Assembly (NCBI GenBank): GCA_012295275.1
Contig: CM022679.1
Coordinates: 3,348,001-3,412,000, forward strand
Reading direction: 5' to 3'
Origin: Chrysomallon squamiferum
Lineage: Eukaryota; Animalia; Mollusca
DNA length: 64,000 nucleotides
Below are positions 39,218 to 64,000 of this stretch, piece by piece. Position 1 is the stretch's first letter. Every line of letters begins with the position of its first letter. The notes beneath the pieces were generated by a model. That model made no database searches and was not told the origin of the DNA. It worked only from the letters and a program-made list of their open reading frames with translations. Position numbers and translations under genes: made by a program.

Positions 39218-41384
39218 CTTGGTAAAAATTCCGTTTTTAAATGCAGTTTTCGTTTACGATGAAGTAACAAGGATGTGCTATTTTAGTTGACAAATATAAT
39301 GGTTCAGAACAGAAAAATATGAAGACAAACCAAATAAAATAATAAAATAAAATTATACGTTAAAAAATCACGTTTTAAATTTTGTACATTGATAAATAAT
39401 AAATCTTGTTGTTCATCAAAGTGTCTTTTTAATTTTTTTTTACGAATTGTGTAACAAAATGGAAACATAATTTAACTTGTTTACATGAATAATTATGCAA
39501 CATGGACAGGTAAAATATTTTTTCTTTTCGTCTATTTACTTTCTTTCTTTCTTTTTGTTGTTGTTCTTCTTCTTTTGACATTTATTTATAAACTATAAAA
39601 TATTAGATCAAACTAACTTAATTCTTATTCTTATTTTATTTTAATTTTTTTTTAAACCATTTTAATAATGTTGAATTCAGTGTAGACTTTTTGCTTGGAA
39701 AACGTTATTGTTTATCCTGGCTTATCAAGAAGAAGATTAACGTTAGCTGACGATATGTAATAATCTCTAACCTTGGTACACCTTACTTTGTAAGATGACA
39801 ATGAACTTTTTCAAAGGAATTTGATCGGAGAATTACTGAATTATGCACTATGTAAGTAAGTGTGCTATGATTATCGCAGGTGAGGAAATTTTTATCTTAA
39901 TATCTTATCACACTTGTTACACTGTTTAGTAGGATCTGTTTCAACCTTTAAGTCCTTTTCTGTAACGTTTTCAGTTTATTTCTGTTGAAATCTGAACATG
40001 TCTGAAGTTACTGTACTGTCCGTGCATAATCTGTATATATAATCTGGATCTGAAATATATTATCAGATTTATGTCATTTTTTAATATACAGTTAAAACTG
40101 CGAAGAGATCAAATAAAATTGGATATGGCTTATTTTAATCTTTATATTTTCTAGAAGAATGCCAAAATCATGTAGGTTTTTTACTGCTGTTTTTATTTAT
40201 TATTATTTTTTTTTTTTTTTTTTTTTTTGTGCAGATTTCTTATCAAAAATAATAAAACTGATCTTTAAATGGCAGTAAACTGATCTCTGTTGATTTTTGT
40301 ATCATATTTTCTTTACTTCGAGTATAACGTCAAACAAATGGTTGTAATAACATGTAGATATTAGATTTTTATTAAGTGTAAATTACAATCAAACCGTATA
40401 TAGATATGGAAAATACTATCAAAAACGCTTATAATCTAAATACGATATTGAAAATATAAGAAAAAATTATACAAAAGTTAAAAAAACAAAAACGGTTTAT
40501 CATGTGATACATAATATATATATATAAAAAAAAAAAAAAAAAAATTTAAAAAATGTTTGAAGATAATATATTTTTATGCGTGAGATGAAATTTAACTATT
40601 TTTCTCAAATGTTTTCAGCAAAGGCCGTTTTCTCTGAGGAAATTATTTTTCAAATGGATGTCTCCGAACTGTTTCTTTCTTATTTCCGTAACCGCATTCC
40701 CACGTACTTCAGACAAGGTAAAAGAAAACACCCATCCGGACGATAAGTAATTTAAACATTACTAATTTATCAAAACTAATTCACAAATGTTTAACATTCA
40801 CGTATATTTAACAAGTAATATTTTGTGCAGCATGTATATTATTTTTAATTATTTTCTAATGTCCGTTAAGACTCGCAAAACATAAATGGTCAAATTTTAT
40901 ACCAGTATTGTTTATTACGCACTCAAGTAAACAAAATAAATAACATGGATACATTTTTGTTTATACTTAAAGGTTAGAAATATTTCGTGACGTGAATTAT
41001 GTTCTCATCATTTATTCTCTTCATATTTCACTTGTGTTTGACATTCGCTTTTTGAGCGATAATATTAAATAAAAACAATAATATTTTGCGTCATGTTATG
41101 TAAACATTTTTATATTGAATTTTTTGTACTATTTTTATGTTTGTCACGATATTGTCTGTTTAGTTTTTGAATATTTTTTTTTATTAAACTTTGTAGATGG
41201 ATTCTTTATTTTTACTTTGTACTTCAAGCTATTTAACTTAACTCGTATTCTGAGAAAAGTTGAAGAAGTAGTGTCTTTATATCCAGTAAATACCAAAATA
41301 GAGACAGAACACCTGAAAAAAAAGAAATAGTAATAATAATAATAAACGCTTCATATGATTATTTCTCAACTTCTTTCAGATCAG

Positions 41385-41970
41385 ATGAAACCTTTTTAAT
41401 TAATTATTTTCTTGAGTGACAATTAAACAAAAAAATAAAAAATCTGTTTTTCATATTTTTTTTTTTACGAATTGTCTTACAAAATAGAAGCATTTAATTT
41501 ATTGACATGAATAATTATGCAAGACTGACAAATTAATTTTGTTTTCTCTGATTTTCATTTTCTTTTTTTCACCATTTGTTTTCTCTCCGTTTAATTATAT
41601 AAAAATGATAAAATATTAGATCAAACTGATTTAATTAAGAATCTAGTCTGATTATTGAAAATGAAAATATTACATTTAAAATTTTAATAATAAAGAATTC
41701 AAACTAGAGATTTCCCTTGGAAGATCTTACCTGTTACAGATTATCAAAAATGTCAGTTGATAATATAAAGATCTTTAAAATGATAGTAACTTATAAAACT
41801 GTAAAACAATTACTTTGTAAGATGATAAAGAACTTTGTCACAGGACTTTTATCGGATAAGGTAACTGGTCGCAAAAGCAAATCTTTCTATTAATTTCTCA
41901 TAAAATTCTTCAGACTGTTTATCTAATCTGTTTGCTGTTTGAAGTCCAAAAACTTACGTTTTCAGTTTAT
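41385..41970 (+). repeat. orphan duplicate of the chi-lectin 3' UTR/downstream block
   Basis: Homologous to 39140-40000, 26700-27040 and 12500-12920 (e.g. ttttacgaattgt, atgaataattatgcaa, ttactttgtaagatga); no coding exons upstream. Confidence 0.65.
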
Positions 41971-42817
41971 CCCAATCGTAATCTAAGTTGTCTGCAGCTA
42001 GTATGTGCGCGCTCGAATCAAGTGTGAACTTCACGTGCTACATTTAATCGCAGCTGTGATATTAGCTTATAGTTATTTTATTATTTTATTGTTATGTAAT
42101 GTTGAAAAGACTGCAAAGGTGGCAAAATATAAATTTATTTTTAACGATACTGCAGAATTTATAAACGGATAGTGGCACCAGATTCACATTAAATGCCCGA
42201 ATGCCAGACTGTGGTGTTTATAGACGTCTGAGTGTTAACAGAGTTTTTGCCCTTTTGCACATTATGTACCGTTTTATCTCCCTTTAAAAAAAAAAAAAAA
42301 AAAAAAAAACTTTATTCAAACGGAAGTAGTTTGACGTTAAATTTTGATTCTTAGTTTTTGATTGCGACGTTCTAGTTCAGTTTCGGGCAGATTTAATATT
42401 AATAATACTTTTGATAATCTCGTTTCAATACTGCCTCTTTAGACGGTTAAAACAAGAAAGCTAATTTTTTTGTTTTTATAATAGTAAGAAAAAATAATTC
42501 TTAGAATTCTCATTTCCTTTAATAATTATTGTTTCTTCTTCTTCTTCTTCTTCTTGTATGTAGTGAATGTTGTTTTTAAACATTTTTACTAATTAAAATT
42601 TTAAATAGCTGTGATATTGAAGGTTTTTCTCTGGTTTTGTTTTTTGTGAACAACCGATGAAATATAATTAGTCATAAAACTACGATCGGCATTTTCAGAA
42701 TTATCAATATGATGCACTATCTTCCAGGTTAAATTAAATTAAATTGTAAGACAATATAACTCTAAAATTTTATTAGTTTGCATTCACATTTTAATATATG
42801 TTTGTTACACGCTAGAA

Positions 42818-43027
42818 ATGACGTTCACGAGAATGCTGGTGGGTGTGGCTGGGATGACTGCTAGTGTGGTATTTTTGTACAATATCCCTGTATCTCCTAA
42901 AAAGGCAACTCTGAAATATTTGCAGTCTATCAAACTGAAGACACTGGAAGATCCACAAAAAGAAATTTCCGTGAGTACTTAAAAAATATAATAATAATAA
43001 TAAAATAAATTAAATTTAAAATTTAAC

Positions 43028-43066
<39 letters not shown>

Positions 43067-43448
43067 ATTATTAAAGTGATCTTTTGATAATGAAGAAAAC
43101 AAACCAAAAAAAAGAAACCACCAAAATATATAATGACTATTTTTTTTTATACTAATAAAGTATCACAGTAAAATATCTACTTGGGAAAACCTGTATACAT
43201 GAGATAATCACATCATACAGATCTGTAAAATAAATGTATTAAACAAACTGATTTATTATATACACAGCATCTTCACTAATGATTAAAATAACTTGTTTTC
43301 CATTGTTATCAGTGATTCAAGTAAGTTGGTACAAAGGTATTCAGAACTAGAATTAATTCTCAGACATCACACTACTAATAAATGTTGATATTATGTAAGC
43401 ATTTTATGCAAATTCTTAAGCCATAGTTTAAATATTATAATTATTGTA

Positions 43449-43482
<34 letters not shown>

Positions 43483-45392
43483 TAATTAATTAATTAATTA
43501 AATAATTTATTTATTTATTTTATTTATAGGCAACCTCACTCTGGGAGAAAACTGGTGCTGTTATAATGGCAGTTAGACGACCTGCATGACAAATGTGCCA
43601 AAAGGTGAGCCAGAGTTAATATTTCAGCAAATGTTTTTCTTTCTTCTTTCCCTTTTTTTAAATTTCTAATTTTCAAAAATATTTATATTTTTACTATTCT
43701 TTAATTTGTATTATCAAATTCAGTTTAATATACCAAAACTGTCTTTATCATGTTTCACTGAACTGAAAACCTCAGAAAGGTCTTATTTTATAGATGGTAT
43801 TTGTATATGTGATTTGTTTTTATATTATTTTTGATATTTGCTGTATTTAAATGCATTTATTAGAACTAATTGCAAAGACAGAAGATCAAAATAAAAAAAA
43901 ACACATCTGAAATCAAACTTTTTACTGAGCTTTGCAAATACATATACTAGTTTTTAGTAGGATTATTAACATATCAAAACTTTATTTCATGCACTAAATT
44001 TATATATAAAACTACCTGAAGACCATATATATATATATAATATAAACTGACACTATTCCTTTTGCTAAAGTCCTAAGCATTTCTGATAAATACTATATCT
44101 TTAACATTATTTTTTTTTTTATTTAATTAAGCATTTCTAATTATTTTTTAATTACTGTTAATATTACTTCTTTTTGGGGTGTGGAATTGTTAATTTACTG
44201 GGTAATAAAATGTTTAATGTAGTGATTTGTAAAAAAGATAGATTAATTCTGTTCAAGTCCCATGACTGGTGCATGCTTACATATATTTAGGTTTATCTCC
44301 CTTCACACTTTGTCCTTGAAGTATAAATTTTTTGTCATGTAAGCTAAGACAGCAAACAGGAATTGTTTTATGTTTATAATAAAAATAAAGTAAATATCAG
44401 AAAAATAAGTAAACTTATAAAAAATGGATCTACTCCTTTTAAACAGTAATTTTTAAGTTTTGTCTGTTATTTTCAAGGATGCAGATAGCATTTCCTCTCT
44501 GAAACCAAAACTTGACAGTCATGGAGTTGGTCTATATGCTGTTGTAAATGAAACTCGGGATGTTAAACTTTTCAAACAACACTTTGATGGTGATGTATAT
44601 TTTGATCAGAATGTGAGTTTGAGTAATAAAATATTTATTTAAATTTTTTACTCTTTTGTTTATTTCAGTATTAATATTGATACTGTTGTTATTATTTATC
44701 TTAAAATACGTTACGTAAAAATCTTTTAACTGCAGACACTAGTTTAATATTTAAACACAGAATATTGTATAGAATATTTTATCAATCACACTGATGGATG
44801 TATTCATTTAAGCAGGTACACAAGAGATAATAATTGACCAATTAGAGGAAAAGTTGCTTAAACAAGTAGGTGTAAAATTAAATCCAATAAAATAATAAAA
44901 TGTTTTAAAAAAAAAAAACAGTTTGGATTAAATAACCTTGCATTTATCTTTCAGATGGGATTTTACAGCCCTATAAGAAAATCTATTAGGAGCTGGCATC
45001 CAAGAGAGTCAAAGCCAGCTGGAGGTAAGAACATTTTTCAAATTTTAAATACTTGATGGAACTTTTAGATTGTCAAGATACATGTTGTACAAGGAGATAC
45101 TAGGGTATAATGATCTTAAAGCTTCTGAGGCAGACACTATGAAGATATGACCCTTGCATGTTACACTGTCAAAGTGTGTAATGACAAGAAGACCAAAGAT
45201 CTAAGTTATTACTGTTTGTTACTTCTGTTTTTATTATTTCAACATTGTTTTGGGTTTTTTACAGGTGTTTTCGTTGTGGGGCCAGGTAATCAGGGAATTT
45301 TGTTTGAACAACGACAAAGATCAGCTGTAGATTTTTCTAATTTGGAAGAAATTGAAAATGCTGTCAATATGATGAAAAGAAACTCAACTTAA
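42818..45392 (+). CDS. PRXL2A: Peroxiredoxin-like 2A / selenoprotein U (AhpC-TSA_2, thioredoxin fold), Sec-containing, ~186 aa
   Basis: Exons 42818-42970 (N-terminal hydrophobic segment; KATLKYLQSIKLKTLE), 43530-43604 (LWEKTGAVIMAVRRPA-TGA-QMCQK), 44478-44612 (SSLKPKLDSHGVGLYAVV), 44955-45024 and 45265-45392 (GGVFVVGPGNQGILFEQR). Aligns by eye to PRXL2A/FAM213A on both sides of the TGA at 43587-43589. Confidence 0.9.
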
Positions 45393-46133
45393 ATTTTTTT
45401 TATGCATCATGAAAAATTAATTTTGAAGGCTGGTTTCCAATCCCTTACACTGTCTTTGGAACAGTGAATTTTTGTTTAAGAAATAAACCATATGAATAAA
45501 TGACAATAAAACCTAAGCAGATTGTGCAGAACTAATATTTCAACAAAGGTTTTAATCAATAGTCAAACCAAATATGGCAGTTAACTGTATTAATGTAAAA
45601 TTATTTAATAATGGTAAACAAGGATATTAAAAAAATCAATAAACATGATAACAACTTGACAAATAATAATTTTTTTTTTTTTTTTTGATAAATAATATTT
45701 ATTTGGGTAATAGATTATGCAGCAGTATTGAAATTAATATTGTCTCATATGCTTTTGCGTCAGATTCATTTATCATTGTAAATCCAACTCACTGTGGCTA
45801 GTAATTAAATTCAGTTTTACATCTTACCAAATTAGAAATTTGTATGCTAGGCTCAAGTAAAAGATAGTTCCAGTATTTTTCCACATCTGTCACCAATAAT
45901 GATCTGTATTCTCAGACTACAGCAAATGTCTCAATCAGGCATATACTCTCATTCCCAGTTGCAGACCTTAATCTATCCATTTCTATCACTTTAGGTCTTA
46001 CTGCTTATAAAATCAGCATTATATATATAAATGCACTGTTCATTCAAAACAGTTTCTTACTGTATGACTTGTTTGCTAAAACAATTGAGTTTATTTGACT
46101 TTGTTAGAACAAATCTGATTAGATTACACAGTT

Positions 46134-46208
46134 TCTACAAGACAAGTTTATGAAGTTGAAAAGTCAAAATTTAGTAGACTTGAAGCTGATGTGTATTGTT
46201 TTTGTAGA
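46134..46208 (+). promoter_or_regulatory. SECIS element (type I) in the SelU 3' UTR
   Basis: ATGA (46150) - N12 - AA (46166) - N20 - GA (46188). Helix II is GTT..AAGTC/GACTT..AGC with an 11-nt apical loop starting AAAA. Helix I is TCTACAAGACAA/TTGTTTTTGTAGA. AATAAA follows at 46267. Confidence 0.8.
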
Positions 46209-46750
46209 TACTTTGTAATTAAATCTTGTGATTATTTTAATGTCAATGAAAATGTCAATAACTGTAAATAAATATTTTCTCTATAATCTACTTCACTGTT
46301 TTATTACCTACTTGTTTTTTGCTATGGCTGACACAAATACTAATTAATATTGTAAACATATTGGTCACAAAACAGGTGAATGTTCATATATTGCATTTAA
46401 CACACACACACACACACACACACTTGAATGACCAGCATTATCTATCATTACAAAGAGACATAAAAAAGACAATTTACTCCAAGCTCTGTGTATAAGCAAT
46501 ATTAAGAACTGCTGCAACTTATGTAAACCATGAAGAGTACAGTTCTAGAACAGTTCGCAACCATAAGAATGTTTTTCAAGAATATATATAACCATATAGT
46601 GATATTCATATTCAAACTATGGAAAAAGCAGATCAGTTACACACACACACACACACAGCATATATATATATATATATTTTTTTTTAATATGGAACAACAA
46701 TACTGACTAACAAACAGCATTTAAATGAATTCATAATTTATTTTTCAAAA

Positions 46751-46889
46751 TGTACTGTGCAAGTTTCTTCTCAAATTTTGTACAATCTAGACAAAAATAT
46801 ACCATAATAGAAGTTACGTATACACAGATAAAAGAAAAAAAAAAGAAAATACCTGTACAACAGCTCATGTCTATAATCAGAACCTGAGA
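46751..46889. repeat. inverted-repeat arm 1 (putative KAT6 3' UTR)
   Basis: Reverse complement of 53654-53794, differing by two substitutions and a change in the A-tract. Confidence 0.92.
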
Positions 46890-47960
46890 TTAAAAAAAAA
46901 AGAATAAAAAAAAAAAACAAGCACAAATGCATTACATATAAATGATACTCCACACAGGCACACATCACTCACACAATATATTTTTAACTTTCACTCAAAC
47001 CAATAAAAATCTACGTCACATTCCGCTACAGGTATGAGTTGCAAAATGATTTCTTAACTTATTTTTTAAGACTTTGTTGTCTGTTACATATACTTTTGTG
47101 ATCAGTATAATAAAATATCATATAACTTAGAAGGAATAAATTAAAAATTTATATTTGTAGCATTCTTGTGATATTTGTCATTAATGTTAGGTGAAGGAAC
47201 AAAAGGAGTATTGTTTTTGTGGGGTTTTTTAATCAAAATAATTATCAATGATGCACACAGTATTTTCTATTATAAATTTACAACTGCATAATTATGGAAA
47301 GTAGTAAACTGATCCCCCTCTTCATCACCAGTGATTTTAAAACATTCCTAAAAATACCAAATTTAGACTTTCTTGCCAGCATATATTTAAAGATTTATTT
47401 AAAATACATTTTTTGAATATTAATAAAAATATATAATTAAAACGTACAACATCATTGTTCCATCACCCTACAATAAAAGCAAACTTCAGAATTTCTGATC
47501 TTATTAGTACAATTTTTTCTTTAAAATTACAAATGTTGGGATGAAATGCACAATGATCCTGCACTACACATTTAAATATCAACTGACATTGTTTTAACAA
47601 GCAATTTTATAATTATTTGGTTTTGGGATTCCTTGGCACAAAAATTAAGGCTATTAACAGTGCTTATATGAAAATAACATACTGTTTACTCATTTATTAA
47701 AACTGTAGTTCATTACTTTTTCTTTTTCTGAAAAATCTTAATTTTTAATTTGTTACATTGTAAAAATTATGTTCTTAAGCTTTTTAATTCTATTGTTTTG
47801 GAAAAAAAAAAAAAAAATCTGTGGCAACTGTTTAAGTAACATCTATTTGTAATGAAATTATTCAGAATTTATTACATTTTCTATTTTAATGATAAAATGG
47901 TGATGCTAACAATCAATATGGCATTATTTTGGAAAAGATGAGGAGGACAAACAAAAGTTA

Positions 47961-62680
<14,720 letters not shown>

Positions 62681-63791
62681 CTGTGGAAAATAAATAAATA
62701 AATAAATAAAATAATAATTAAAATAATAATAAAAATACCTTTTAAAAATGTTACACAATTATGAAATTATATATTTTTATTATTTGTTTGAAATGCAATC
62801 ATAGTGATTTTTCAAAACTAATATTGCATTTAACTGACAAGCCAGAACACTGGAAAAACTAAACACTATGATAAACAACATGCTATCTAGATAGACATAC
62901 ATTTCCTTCAAAGTGAGTTCTATATGATAAAACATGTTATAACCTCTAAATCAATTAGAATTATTAGAATTATATCTTAATACAATTGTTGTGATGAAGC
63001 AGTAGTATCCCCATGAATATACTTTCCTGCATTATCTTTATACTTTTGAACTGAGTTAATAAATTGAATTAATAGTGCATTTTCATATTTAATCGACAGT
63101 TCAAACTTCTACTGTAACTGGTAATGCATCTTGCTATTCCATAAAAAAAAAAATAATAATAATAATATGAATGGCAAGATCTGAAAACATCTGCTTAGTT
63201 TTTTCATTACAAAGTAAATATTTTTAAAATAGGAAAATAATTTTTAACAATATTCAGTAGAAATTTGAGTACATCTCATAGGTGTCCTAGATAAATTTTC
63301 ATATACAGATTAAATACAAAAATAATTTCTTCACTTAAAATTTTCAATTTGACAATGTTTGGACAAAGTGCAGTTTTAGTTAAACTTCATTTGATAATAT
63401 AAACTATGTAACTAAATGTTTAACAATTAATGCCATTAAAGTATTTTAAAATTTAGGAAAGTATATGGCAAATTTCAACTTTTTTTCTTTTCTTTTTTTA
63501 ATTATTTAACATAAATTAATTAAAACTGTTACTGAACAAAAACATTTTATTTATTTGCCTTTTGGAATGCCATGTAATAATAAAAAAATATATATATCAA
63601 AGTTATATAATCTTTATGTACAAAATTTTACTATTAATTTTTAGTTTAAATTTAAAATATTTAATGTCAAAAATTGTAAATACAACTTATTTTTTTACAG
63701 ATCTATCCAACCCTCTACCTATATATATATATAAACATTATATAATAATCCTAATTACAAATTTTTATAATATTTCACTATATATATAAAT

Positions 63792-63793
<2 letters not shown>

Positions 63794-63847
<54 letters not shown>
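63794..63847. repeat. (TAA)n microsatellite
   Basis: Perfect trinucleotide run; similar runs at 35872-35921 and 37863-37915. Confidence 0.95.
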
Positions 63848-64000
63848 CATGTTTTTCCATTTTAAGAATATTCATAAATCCAAAAATATTTATGTAATAT
63901 TTATTCTTAGTCTTAATTTTATGTATTCATTAAAAAAATATATTAAATTAAAAATAAAATCATTATTCATGTATTTTCAGATAATTCATTATTAACTTTT

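Noticed and set aside
43587-43589. PRXL2A as a pseudogene with a premature stop
   Set aside because: The TGA aligns with the redox Cys, all splice sites and downstream frames are intact, and a SECIS is present.

Overview
AT-rich animal genomic DNA with spliceosomal GT-AG introns and many microsatellites. It is probably lophotrochozoan or molluscan, but that is inference. The supplied ORF track uses non-ATG starts and misses most exons, so gene models were built by hand from splice sites and frame. (1) 0.3-42 kb, + strand: a tandem cluster of secreted GH18 chitinase-like genes, with three apparently intact paralogs (300-4774, ~15172/18864-26664, ~30817/31546-39115), one pseudogene (10239-12470) and smaller remnants. 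All three intact paralogs have lost the catalytic DxDxE motif, with Glu replaced by Lys in each, so they are probably chi-lectins. Each has a different C-terminus, and two carry tandem arrays of duplicated signal-peptide exons (10 and 4 copies). (2) 42818-45392, + strand: a PRXL2A/SelU-family gene with an in-frame TGA in a UxxC motif and a well-formed SECIS candidate at 46134-46208, i.e. a selenoprotein. (3) 47961 to beyond 62680, - strand: a KAT6A/B (MOZ/MORF) histone acetyltransferase, 5' end outside the window. A ~140 bp segment downstream of its stop is copied in inverted orientation into one of its own introns. Decayed Tc1/mariner and PIN-like/CXC transposon remnants are also present.
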